Shown: positions 51,778-61,084 of the stretch, piece by piece
How the letters are laid out: every line of letters starts with the position of its first letter
How positions within the stretch are numbered: position 1 is the first letter of the stretch
Origin: an uncultured Acidobacteriota bacterium
GTDB taxonomy: Bacteria > Acidobacteriota > Vicinamibacteria > Fen-336
Length of the DNA: 64,000 bases
Assembly: GCA_963847655.1 (NCBI GenBank)
Contig: CAWKAS010000002.1
Location: 705,729 to 769,728 of the forward strand
Direction of reading: 5' to 3'
Translations under genes and position numbers: made by a program
Notes under the pieces: generated by a model
What the model was told of the DNA's origin: nothing
Databases searched by the model: none
Seen by the model: only the letters and a program-made list of their open reading frames with translations

Positions 51778-52963
51778 GCGCGCCTCGCGGGGTGGGGAGT
51801 CTTACGAGCGCTTCGTGCGCGGCGAGAGCGGCGACCGAGAGCCCCAGAAGCTGCGGGCCCAGGGTCTCGAGACCGAGGCGCTGGGCGACGATCCCGAGCC
51901 CGGCGGGCAGGATCGCGGCCCCGAGCGCCGCCGCCGCCACCTGGAACCCGACCGCGTGGGGGGCGTGCCCGGGCGGGACCCTCCCCGGGGTCGTGGCCAT
52001 CATGGTCGGATAGACGGGGCCGCAGGCCAGGCCCACGAGGGTGAGACCGGCAAAGCCTGCGGCGTCGACCCGGGGGAGGCAGACGAGACCCGAGCCGACG
52101 GTGGCGGCAACCAGGCACCCGCGCACGAGGGCACCCGGGGAGACGCGTTTGCCGACCACCGAGACGAGGAGGCGGCCCGCGGTGAGAGCGCCCCAGTACG
52201 CGCTGAGCCAGAAGCCGGCGGTCGCGGGGGCGATGCCGCGGCCCTCGGTGAAGAGGGTGAAGGCCCAGACCCCGAAGCCGACCTCGACCCCGGTGTAGAC
52301 GAAGTAGGCCAGCGCGCCGCGCCGCGTTCCGGACAGACGGAGGGTCTCCCACGCCGGCGGGGCGGGCCCGGAAGCGGAGGCGGAGTCTCGTGGGGCCTGC
52401 CAGGCCTGTCCGGTGAGGGCGAAGCCGAGGGCGAGGCCGAGCTGGGCCAGGCCGACGAGGCCGTAGGCGAGCCGCCACGAACGGCCCGCCTCCAGGGCCA
52501 GGACCACGAGGGCCGGACCCAGGGCCGCTCCCAGGCCCCAGCAGGCGTGGAGCCAGTTGAGCATGCGGGGACCGTGGGTGGTCGAGGCCCAGGTGTTGAT
52601 GCCGGCGTCGATGGTGCCCCCGCCCGCCCCGAGGAGCAGGGCGAGGCCCACGAGGATCCACCAGGCCGGCGACGCCGCGTAGCCCAGAAGGGCGAGGGCG
52701 GTGGCGAGGCCGCTGACGGCCAGGAGGTGGCCGAGGGTGAGGCGGGTGAGGAGGGAGCCGGCGCCGAAGCTGGCGGCCACGTAGCCGAGGGTGAAGACGA
52801 CCAGGAGCGCACCCTGGGCGTGGAGGGGCTGGCCGAAAGACGCCCGGATCGAGGGCCAGGCGGTGCCGAGGAGGCCGTCGGGCAGACCGAGGCTGACGAA
52901 GGCCAGGGAGGCCACGGCCGGCAGCAGGAGATGAGCGGGGCGGGTGGCGGGCGCGGTCAACAC
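51770..52963 (-). CDS. MFS transporter
   Basis: The ~397-aa product has 12 TM-like segments. The start is GTG/TTG, and the stop overlaps the ABC-F start. Confidence 0.65.
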
Positions 52964-52993
52964 GGTAGGATACTGGAAAGGCGAGCCAGGAGA

Positions 52994-54460
52994 GTGGAGG
53001 GGACACGCAGGCGCTGGTGGTGGGCCGGTGGGGCGGCGGCGGCACTCGCCCTCGCGGGATGTGGCTCGGACTCCCCTTCGACCGCCACCCCCGGGACGGC
53101 CACTGCCTCCCCGGCCACCGTGACCACCGTCCCCCTGCCCTCGTCCCCGGATGAAACACGCCTCCTCGACGCTGCCTTCCGCGTGGACGTCCAGCTCGTG
53201 GAGGTGGCCTTCGACCTCTTCCCCAACGAGCGCGAGGTCCGGGTCTGGTCGGCGACTACCTTCCGCATGCGCCCCGGGCAGACACGCCCGATCGTGCACT
53301 TCGGTCCGGCCCGGGGGGGCACCGAGGTGGCGCTGACCCTCAACGGCGAGGGGCTCGATCCCCGGAGCGAGAGCGACGTCCGATTCCTCCGCTACGAGAC
53401 CTCGGGACAGGACTCCGTGGAGATCCAGCGGGACCTCGCCGCGGGCGTCGCTCACCGGCTCGAGGCGTCTCACGTCCTCCCCCTGACCGATGCCTTCGGA
53501 CGCTTCTTCGCCGACGTGAACGACATCGAGGGGCGGGGCAACGAGGTCCTCTTCCCCACCCTGAACACGCCCCACGAGCTGGCGCGGCACCGGGTGGTCT
53601 TCCGCGTCCACGACGCCGAGCCCTACCTCTGCGTGGGCTCCGGTCGCGTGACCCCGGGCGACGCCGCCGACGTCCAGGAGTGGATCCTGGACACCGAGCG
53701 GGAGGTGGCCTCGTACACGGTCATGTTCTTCCTCGCCCCCGCCGCCGACGTGGTCTTCGCGCAGCGACGCGTGCAGGGCGTGGACGTGCGGGTCGTGGCG
53801 TCGCTGGGGGGAGCGAGTCCCGCGGAGGCCTTCGCCCAGCTCGACACGTGGCTGCCCGAGCTGAGCCGGGCGCTGGGCCCGTTCCCGATGCCCCGGGGGC
53901 TGAGCATCGTCCTCACCGAGGGCGGCGGGGGCATGGAGTACTACGGGGCGACGATCACCTCGCTGCGTGCCCTGCGCCACGAGGTCTTTCACATGTACTT
54001 CGGCTGCTCCACGGTGGCCCGGACCTACCGCGACTCCTGGTGGGACGAGGCCATCGACATGTGGTACGAGCTGTCCCTGGACCCAGCCTTCCCGGCCATC
54101 GCCCCGAGCTATCGCTCGGGAATCGTGGGCGCTCGCTCCCCGGTCACCGTGGGCTTCGACCCGCGGGCCTACGACGAGGGCGCGCGCATCTTCCAGGCGG
54201 TGGCCCGGGAGGTCGGCGGTCGAGACCAGATGGTGGCCTTCCTGCGCCACCTCCACCAGAAGCGCCTCTTCGATCCCTTCACCACGGTGACGCTCGCCGG
54301 CGAGATCCGGGCCTTCTCGGGGGCCGACTTCCGGGAGAGGTTCCGGCAGTGGCTCTACAGCGACACCGAGTCCGCGGCCGCGAACGAGTCGCCCCACGCC
54401 TGGCTCCACCGGGTCGACACGACGCCCTCGGAGACCGTCCGCCGGCTCTACGAGCGCTGA
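52994..54460 (+). CDS. gluzincin (M1-like HExxH…E) metallopeptidase lipoprotein
   Basis: The GTG start follows a CCAGGAGAG RBS. The signal peptide has a lipobox (ALALAGC). HEVFHMYFG is followed ~19 residues later by …DEAIDMWYE (third zinc ligand E). Confidence 0.6.
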   Translation: MEGTRRRWWWAGGAAAALALAGCGSDSPSTATPGTATASPATVTTVPLPSSPDETRLLDAAFRVDVQLVEVAFDLFPNEREVRVWSATTFRMRPGQTRPIVHFGPARGGTEVALTLNGEGLDPRSESDVRFLRYETSGQDSVEIQRDLAAGVAHRLEASHVLPLTDAFGRFFADVNDIEGRGNEVLFPTLNTPHELARHRVVFRVHDAEPYLCVGSGRVTPGDAADVQEWILDTEREVASYTVMFFLAPAADVVFAQRRVQGVDVRVVASLGGASPAEAFAQLDTWLPELSRALGPFPMPRGLSIVLTEGGGGMEYYGATITSLRALRHEVFHMYFGCSTVARTYRDSWWDEAIDMWYELSLDPAFPAIAPSYRSGIVGARSPVTVGFDPRAYDEGARIFQAVAREVGGRDQMVAFLRHLHQKRLFDPFTTVTLAGEIRAFSGADFRERFRQWLYSDTESAAANESPHAWLHRVDTTPSETVRRLYER

Positions 54461-54583
54461 GCCCGCGCCCGCGCTTCCCGCACCGGGCCGCGCGCTTGAC
54501 AAGCTCTCCCCCTCCGCGAACACTGCCCTGAAGAGGCGATCCTCACGACGCGCGAGGGTCCCGATCTCCAGAAAGGCTCGAAG

Positions 54584-56803
54584 ATGAACCACCGACGCGC
54601 CACCACGCGGGGCCGGACCCTCCTGCTCGCCGCAATGGCGATCGCCACCGCCGGAGCAGTCCCGGCGACCGCCGACGACGGGGCCCTCCGGGTGACGGTC
54701 CGGGACACGCACGGGGTCATTCCCGACGCGACGGTGCGGGTCACCGGCGACGACGCGGGCACGACGCGCCGGGCGCAGACCGACGACGCCGGGGTCGCGA
54801 GCTTCGTCGCGCTCGCGCCCGGCACCTACCGCGTCCGGGCGGCATTCGCCGGCTTCGCCGACGCGGAGGAGCAAGGGGTCTCGATCTCCTCCGGGGAGAC
54901 GCGAGACCTGGAGCTGACCCTCGCCATCGCCCCGATGCTCACCACCGTCACCGTGGAGACCCCCAACCGCCGCGAGCAGCTCCTGCTCGACGTGGCCGAG
55001 CCCACCACGCTCATCGACCAGGCGCAGATCCAGGACACCGGGGCCCGCTCGGCCAAGGACCTGCTCGTGGAGCAGTCGGGATCCGGCATCGTGGTCGCGG
55101 CCGGCGGAGGCCAGGGGCACCTCTCCCTCAACGGCATCCCCAACAGCGGGGTCCTGGTCCTGGTGAACGGACGCCGCTTCCTCGGCAAGGACGCCAACGG
55201 CAACCTCAACATGGAGGAGCTCCAGATCCCGGGCGTGGAGCGCGTCGAGGTCGTCAAGGGCGCGGGATCCGCGCTCTACGGCTCCGACGCCCTCGGGGGG
55301 GTGGTGAACTTCATCACCCGTCAGCCCACGGAGCCGGGCGCCACCAACGCGGTGACCCTGAGCGGGGGCTCGTACAGCGATTTCCGCCTCGACGACACCT
55401 TCGCCTGGCGGGGCGAGCGGGGCGGGGTGAGCCTGACCGGCGGCTACCGCACCTACGACGGCTACGACCTCGACGCGGAGAACCCCCAGACGATCGGCCT
55501 GCCCCCCGCCACGTACTGGAACGCCTCGACGAGCATGGACGTCGAGCTCTCGCCGAAGGTGATCGCGCGCTTCTTCGGCGAGTACCAGGACCGGGACGTG
55601 ACCGACTACTTCTTCTCCGGGGCCACGCAGCTGCCGGCGACGGTGTACGACTCCCGGCGCCAGCTCACGCGCTACACCCTGTCGCCGGAGCTCGACTTCC
55701 TCCTCTCACCCCGGACGAGCCTGAACGCCACCTACAACTACGGCCGGTACGAGCGCGACGAGACGCGCGTGTTCGTGGAGGGCGGCCGGGTGGACCCCCA
55801 GGACCCCTGGCGGGAGACGAACCAGGAGCTCAAGCTCACCGGCCGCCACGGCTGGATGGCCTTCGGCCGCGAGCACCCGTTGCAGGGAGGCTACGAGTAC
55901 CGCAAGGAGGCGCTGAGCCGGGGCAGCCTCAGCCTGCAGGACCCGGACCGCTCGGTGAACGTGCTGTGGGCCCAGCAGGCCCTCGCCCTCGCCGACCGCC
56001 TCACCCTCACCGCCGGTGTGCGCTACGACGACTACTCCGACTTCGGCAGCGAGTGGAGCCCCAAGGCCGAGCTGGTCTTCGCCGCCACCGAGGCCCACCG
56101 GCTGCGGGGGAGCTATGGCCACGGCTTCCGCCCCCCCTACTTCGGCGAGCTCTACCTCGACCTCGCCCCGTTCTTCGTGGGCAACCCGGACCTGGTGCCC
56201 GAGGTCTCCGACGGCTTCACCGCCGGGTACGTCTTCGCCGGGCGGACGGCCCAGCTCTCCGCGGACTACTACTTCACCAAGGTCAAGAACGGCATCACCT
56301 TCGCGGTGCTGCCCACCGGGCAGTTCACCTACGACAACGTGCGCCGCTACGACTCACGTGGCGTCAACCTCGCGGCCTCGGTCACCCTCCCCGGGGGCTT
56401 CACGCCGTCGGCCACCTACACCTACAACAAGCGGGAGGACGACGAGGGCGAGGACCTCGGCGGCTACCCGAAGCACGCCGCCTTCCTGAAGCTGCTCTGG
56501 GCCCACCCGCGCCTGGGCCTGCGCGCGAACCTCCGCGGGCAGGTCAACGGCGAGGTGCCGCCGGGGCCGGACGGGACCTTCACCCCGTCCTACGACGTCT
56601 GGTACGTCCAGGTCGAGAAGCGCTTCGCCCGGATGGGGGCCTACGCCCTGAGCGTCTACGCGCAGGTGGACAACCTCTTCGACCAGAAGGACGTGTTCCT
56701 GCAGGGCGAGGACGGCAGCCCGATCGAGGGCGAGTTCCAGTTCTGGCTGCCGCCCCGGACCTTCCAGGTGGGCGTCACCTTGGACATGGACTGGACACGC
56801 TGA
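54584..56803 (+). CDS. TonB-dependent outer-membrane receptor with an N-terminal carboxypeptidase-regulatory-like domain
   Basis: A signal peptide, a plug region (VEVVKGAGSALYGSDALGGVVNFITR) and a C-terminal beta-barrel ending …W..F are present. Confidence 0.85.
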   Translation: MNHRRATTRGRTLLLAAMAIATAGAVPATADDGALRVTVRDTHGVIPDATVRVTGDDAGTTRRAQTDDAGVASFVALAPGTYRVRAAFAGFADAEEQGVSISSGETRDLELTLAIAPMLTTVTVETPNRREQLLLDVAEPTTLIDQAQIQDTGARSAKDLLVEQSGSGIVVAAGGGQGHLSLNGIPNSGVLVLVNGRRFLGKDANGNLNMEELQIPGVERVEVVKGAGSALYGSDALGGVVNFITRQPTEPGATNAVTLSGGSYSDFRLDDTFAWRGERGGVSLTGGYRTYDGYDLDAENPQTIGLPPATYWNASTSMDVELSPKVIARFFGEYQDRDVTDYFFSGATQLPATVYDSRRQLTRYTLSPELDFLLSPRTSLNATYNYGRYERDETRVFVEGGRVDPQDPWRETNQELKLTGRHGWMAFGREHPLQGGYEYRKEALSRGSLSLQDPDRSVNVLWAQQALALADRLTLTAGVRYDDYSDFGSEWSPKAELVFAATEAHRLRGSYGHGFRPPYFGELYLDLAPFFVGNPDLVPEVSDGFTAGYVFAGRTAQLSADYYFTKVKNGITFAVLPTGQFTYDNVRRYDSRGVNLAASVTLPGGFTPSATYTYNKREDDEGEDLGGYPKHAAFLKLLWAHPRLGLRANLRGQVNGEVPPGPDGTFTPSYDVWYVQVEKRFARMGAYALSVYAQVDNLFDQKDVFLQGEDGSPIEGEFQFWLPPRTFQVGVTLDMDWTR

Positions 56804-56970
56804 GCGCGTCCCGAAGCGCCGAGCGCGCCTGGGTCAGCGCCTGTGGCCCGTCACCCCTGGGCACGGCGGGCACCGCCAGCTCGGCTGCGGGCCCGCCGGG
56901 TGCGAAGTGAATGCAGGGTGCGCCGGGGGCCTCGCCCGCCGAGGCCTGAGATCCACCGGTGGCGTCGAGG

Positions 56971-57318
56971 CTACCCCAGCACCTTCTCGTAGGACTCCTC
57001 GTCGAAGCCGACGAGGATCCTCTTCCCCACCCGGAGCGTGGGCGCGCGGAGGTTGCCGCTGGGCCCGATCATGAGCCGGGCCACGGTGGCCTTGTCCGGC
57101 TTTCCCTTCCGGAGGTCGATCCGCTCGACCTTCTTGCCCCTGGCCGCGATGAGCTCGTTCATGCCCTCGAGGAGGGCGAGAGCCTGCCGGGGACCCAGCT
57201 TCTCCTTCCGGGCATCGACCAGCTCCTTCGTCTCGATGTGCTTGCGCGCAAGAAACTCCTGCGCCTTTCCGCAGGTCTTTCAACCCACGCGGTTGTAGCG
57301 CCAGTCGACCTTCGGCAT
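56971..57318 (-). CDS. ArsC/Spx-family thioredoxin-fold protein with an in-frame TGA at 57280-57282: candidate selenoprotein (UxxC)
   Basis: MPKVDWRYNRVG-[TGA]-KTCGKAQEFLARKHIETKELVDARKEKLGPRQALALLEGMNELIAARGKKVERIDLRKGKPDKATVARLMIGPSGNLRAPTLRVGKRILVGFDEESYEKVLG. The TGA aligns with the first Cys of the Spx/ArsC CxxC motif. A GAGGAG RBS is present. The track lists only the C-terminal ORF 56971..57162. Confidence 0.5.
57244..57279 (-). promoter_or_regulatory. candidate bacterial SECIS hairpin(s) immediately 3' of the in-frame UGA
   Basis: mRNA: UGA-AAGA-CCUGCG-GAAAGG-CGCAGG, and overlapping it GCGCA-GGAGUUUCU-UGCGC. Confidence 0.3.
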
Positions 57319-57394
57319 CTCGTGTCTCCTCGCTCGAGGCGGCGGCTCCCTCGCGGGCTCCGCGCTCGGCCCCATGGTAACGCCGGCGGCTCCC

Positions 57395-58615
57395 TCAGTG
57401 GACCTTCTTGACCTTCTTGTTCAGGTAGTCCATGAGCACGTACTGGCCAAGGCTCCAGGGGCTGGTGAAGTAGGCCTTGCCCCGGCACATCTCCGTGACC
57501 TTCCGGACGAAGGCCACGAGGTCGCGGTCGCGGGCCAGCATGAAGGTGTTGACCAGGATCCCCTGCCGGCGGCAGCTCGCGACCTCCTTCAGGGTCAGGG
57601 CGACCACCCGGGGGTCGAGCCCGAAGGGGTTGCGGTAGATGCTGCCGTCCCGCTCGGTGAGGGCCGAGGGCTTCCCGTCGGTGATCATGACGATCTGCTT
57701 CATGTCCTTGCGCTGGCGGGCGAGGATCCGCTGGGCCAGGCGCAGGCCCTCCCGGGTGTTGGTGTAGTAGGGCCCCACCCGGACCCGCGCGATCTGGGAG
57801 ATGGGGACTTCTTCCGCGGAGTCGTGGAAGAGGACCAGGTGCAGGCTGTCGCCGGGGTACTGGGTGCGCAGGAGGTGCGAGAGGGCCAGGGCCACCTTCT
57901 TGGCCGGGGTGAAGCGGTCCTCGCCGTAGAGGATCATGCTGTGCGAGCAGTCGAGCATGACCACGGTGGCGCAGGAGGACTGGTACTCGGACTGGCGGAC
58001 CAGGAGGTCGTCGTAGTCCACGTTCAGCGGGACGCGGAGGCCCTCCCGGGCCACGGCGTTCAGGAGGGTGCCGCTGACGTCGAGGTTCATGGTGTCGCCG
58101 AACTCCCACGGCTTGGAGGGCCCGGAGGCCTCGACCCCGGTGGCCAGGTCGCGGGTGTCGTGGCGGCCGAAGGAGGCCTTGCCCACCGAGCCGAGAAGGT
58201 CCCTCAGCGCCCGGTAGCCGAGGAAGTCGACCGCCTTCTCCGTGAGCTCGAACTGTACCGGCGGCCCCTGCCCCCCCCGCTCCCCGCCCCCGGTCGGGTC
58301 GTGGAAGGGCTCCGCCTCGGAGGTCTTCAGGTAGCCCTCGCGCACCAGCCGCTCCACCGTCTTCTGGAGGAACTGATCGAGGGAGTCCTGGTCGGACAGG
58401 AGCTTCTGGAGGTCCTCGTCGGAGAGGAGCCCCCGTCGCATGAGGGCCTCGAGGATGGCGTCGTGGAGCGCCTGCAGCGAGTCCTCGTCCCACTCCCCCG
58501 TCTCCTGGCCGAAGCCGCTCTGGAGGAGGAAGTCCGAGAGCTCGGAGACGAGTTCCTCGAGGTTCAGGTCCTCCCAGAGCTCGCCGATGTAGCGGTGGTA
58601 GCGGGTGACGGCCAC
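57395..58615 (-). CDS. VWA-domain protein (partner of the upstream AAA+ ATPase)
   Basis: The C-terminal VWA region ([10 protein letters not shown]…MITDGKPSA) is present. A GTG start at 58615 follows the AAA gene stop. The track ORF is artificially extended upstream. Confidence 0.6.
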   Translation of the reverse strand: MAVTRYHRYIGELWEDLNLEELVSELSDFLLQSGFGQETGEWDEDSLQALHDAILEALMRRGLLSDEDLQKLLSDQDSLDQFLQKTVERLVREGYLKTSEAEPFHDPTGGGERGGQGPPVQFELTEKAVDFLGYRALRDLLGSVGKASFGRHDTRDLATGVEASGPSKPWEFGDTMNLDVSGTLLNAVAREGLRVPLNVDYDDLLVRQSEYQSSCATVVMLDCSHSMILYGEDRFTPAKKVALALSHLLRTQYPGDSLHLVLFHDSAEEVPISQIARVRVGPYYTNTREGLRLAQRILARQRKDMKQIVMITDGKPSALTERDGSIYRNPFGLDPRVVALTLKEVASCRRQGILVNTFMLARDRDLVAFVRKVTEMCRGKAYFTSPWSLGQYVLMDYLNKKVKKVH

Positions 58616-58626
58616 TTCGGGACCTC

Positions 58627-60096
58627 TCAGTTCACCTGCCGCTTCAGCCTGCGCAGCCGCTCGAGCCGCTCGAGGTCCAGCTCGATCTCGTCGCGGCGCT
58701 CGGCGGCCACGAAGCCACGGTCCTCGCTGCGGCCCACCTTTTTCTGGGCCCAGAGCCCCTCGAGCACGAACTCCCCGGCGGCGGCGAGAAGCGGCGCCGG
58801 GTCCTCGGGCTTCGCCCCGAGGAGGTGGACGTGCTCGAGCACCTCCGGGACCTGGTGGAGCTGGCCGAGCACCTCGGCGGCCGGGGAGTCCTCGCGGATC
58901 CGCAGGGTGCCGCCAGCCTCGAAGAACTGGACCACCGGGGCGAAATCCACCGCCCCCATGTAGACGGAGAAGACCTCCCCCACCGCCTGCCGGATCAGCT
59001 CCCGGGCCACGTTCTCGGCCCCGAGGAGCTCCCCCTCGTACTCGAGCTCGAACTTGCCGGTCAGCGAGGGCAGCGCCGCGTAGATGTCGGAGATGCGGGG
59101 CACCGCCGGGGACTCCCCGGCGAGGAGGGACCGGCGCTCGGCGTTGCTGACCGCGTTCTCGAGGGCGCTGATGGGGAGCCGCTGGGAGACCCCGCTGCGG
59201 CCGTCGATCTTCTTGTCGCGCCGAGCGGCGAAGGCGATCCCCTCGACGACCTCGCGGACGTAGCGGGGAAGGTGGAGCGCGCTCTCCCGGTCGGTCCACG
59301 CCTCCTGCTGGGTGATCGCCACCCCGTGCTCGAGGGTGGTCGGGTAGTGGGTGCGGACTTCGCTGCCGATGCGGTCCTTGAGGGGGGTGATGATCTTGCC
59401 CCGGGCGGTGTAGTCCTCGGGGTTGGCGGTGAAGACCATGCAGACGTCGACGGGCAGCCTCACGGGGTAGCCCTTGATCTGCACGTCGCCCTCCTGGAGG
59501 ATGTTGAACAGCCCCACCTGGATCCTCCCGGCGAGGTCCGGGAGCTCGTTCAGCGCGAAGATCCCCCGGTGCGCGCGGGGCAGGAGCCCGTAGTGCATGG
59601 TGAGCTCGCTCCCGAGATCGAAGCCGCCCCGGGCCGCGCGGATGGGGTCCACGTCGCCGATGATGTCGGCGATGGTGACGTCGGGGGTGGCGAGCTTCTC
59701 CACGTACCGCTGGTCGGGCCCGAGCCAGACGAGCGGGGTGTCGTCGCCCTCGGCCGTGAGGCGGTCACGGCAGCTCCGGCAGAGCGGGGCGAAGGGGTCG
59801 TCGCCGATCTCACAGCCCGCCACCGCCGGGATCTCGGGGTCCAGGAGCTCGGTCAGGGCGCGCAGGAGACGGCTCTTGGCCTGGCCCCGCAGTCCCAGCA
59901 GGATCATGTTGTGCCGGGAGAGGACGGCGTTGGTGACCTGGGGGATGACCGAGTCCTCGTAGCCGAGTATCCCGGGAAACAGTGGCTCCCGGGCAGAGAG
60001 CTTGCGCAGCAGGTTGCGGCGCATCTCCTCCTTCACCGGCAATCCCGGTCCGGAGACAGTCCTCCTGAGCTCACCGACGGTACGGGGTCGCGACAT
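58627..60096 (-). CDS. AAA+ ATPase, MoxR/ChlI (Mg-chelatase-like) family
   Basis: Walker A motif LLGLRGQAKS and a Walker B/arginine-finger region are present. The product is 489 aa. Confidence 0.75.
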   Translation of the reverse strand: MSRPRTVGELRRTVSGPGLPVKEEMRRNLLRKLSAREPLFPGILGYEDSVIPQVTNAVLSRHNMILLGLRGQAKSRLLRALTELLDPEIPAVAGCEIGDDPFAPLCRSCRDRLTAEGDDTPLVWLGPDQRYVEKLATPDVTIADIIGDVDPIRAARGGFDLGSELTMHYGLLPRAHRGIFALNELPDLAGRIQVGLFNILQEGDVQIKGYPVRLPVDVCMVFTANPEDYTARGKIITPLKDRIGSEVRTHYPTTLEHGVAITQQEAWTDRESALHLPRYVREVVEGIAFAARRDKKIDGRSGVSQRLPISALENAVSNAERRSLLAGESPAVPRISDIYAALPSLTGKFELEYEGELLGAENVARELIRQAVGEVFSVYMGAVDFAPVVQFFEAGGTLRIREDSPAAEVLGQLHQVPEVLEHVHLLGAKPEDPAPLLAAAGEFVLEGLWAQKKVGRSEDRGFVAAERRDEIELDLERLERLRRLKRQVN

Positions 60097-60204
60097 GTGG
60101 GGGAACCTCCCTGCCTTCCAGTATAGCCGGCCTCGTGCGGAGGGGAAGCGCCGGCCGGGGGCGAGGGCGGGCGGAGAGGGATTCCGGACCGGGGCGCCGG
60201 GCGA

Positions 60205-61014
60205 TTACTTGGGCTGCTTGAGCATGTCCAGGAAGCCCTGCAGGGTGGAGAGCTTCCGGGCCGACGAGGAGTAGAGCTTCGCCGAGAAGATCGCGGTCGC
60301 GGCGTGCCCGGCCAGCAGCGTGAAGAGCTCGTAGTCCATGGTGGTGAACTGGGTCTTCTGGACCAGGAGCTTGTTGATCGAGATGACCCCGATGGTGGAG
60401 TCCTTGATCTTGAGGGGGATCACCGCGATCGGCTCCTCGAAGGGGCTGGGGGTGGTGCGGGCCACGCTGTCCGCGAAGTAGTTCTCGCCGGTCGCCGCGG
60501 CCCCGCCGATGGTGCCCTCGCTCAGGGGAATGGCGGTGCGGGCCGGGCTCTGGCCCTCGGAGGCCTCCACCTCCAGCTGCCCCGTCTTCTCGCTCACCAT
60601 GAAGATGTGGAAGACCTCGGCGCCGATGAGGTTGATGACGATCTCCTGGACGATGCGGACGACCTCCCTGAAGTCCAGGGTGGAGTGCAGCTGGTAGGAG
60701 GCCACGTAGAGGTTGGCGAGGTTGTTGTTCTGCTCCTCGATCTCGATGTAGCGGTCGGCGAACTCCTTGTTCTCCTCCTCGACCTTGCGGTAGCTCGCCT
60801 CGATCTCGGCCAGCTTCTCCTCGAGGGCGTGGACCTTCTGCTGGAGGGCCCGGATCCGCTCGTCGGCGGCCTGCCCCCCTCCACCCGCCTCCAGCGAGGC
60901 GAGCTTGAAACGCAGCCGCTCGTTCTCCTTCAGGACCTCCTCCGTGAACTCCTTGGCCTTGGTGACGATCTGGAGAACGTCCCTCCCCTTGCGGGTGAGC
61001 TCGTCGTTCGACAT
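60205..61014 (-). CDS. GAF-domain protein with an N-terminal coiled coil
   Basis: 269 aa. Confidence 0.6.
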   Translation of the reverse strand: MSNDELTRKGRDVLQIVTKAKEFTEEVLKENERLRFKLASLEAGGGGQAADERIRALQQKVHALEEKLAEIEASYRKVEEENKEFADRYIEIEEQNNNLANLYVASYQLHSTLDFREVVRIVQEIVINLIGAEVFHIFMVSEKTGQLEVEASEGQSPARTAIPLSEGTIGGAAATGENYFADSVARTTPSPFEEPIAVIPLKIKDSTIGVISINKLLVQKTQFTTMDYELFTLLAGHAATAIFSAKLYSSSARKLSTLQGFLDMLKQPK

Positions 61015-61084
61015 GGTGGAACCTCTCGCCGGGATTCTACCCCAGCCCGCATCGGTTCCTGCTGCGTCTGGCGGACGTCTCCGT

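Noticed and set aside
57038-57298. Possibility that the TGA in the ArsC-like gene is just another sequencing frameshift.
   Set aside because: Not rejected as a gene. It is rejected as a frameshift, because the reading frame is identical on both sides of the TGA. So it is either a true stop (pseudogene) or Sec. Its position at the CxxC cysteine favours Sec.
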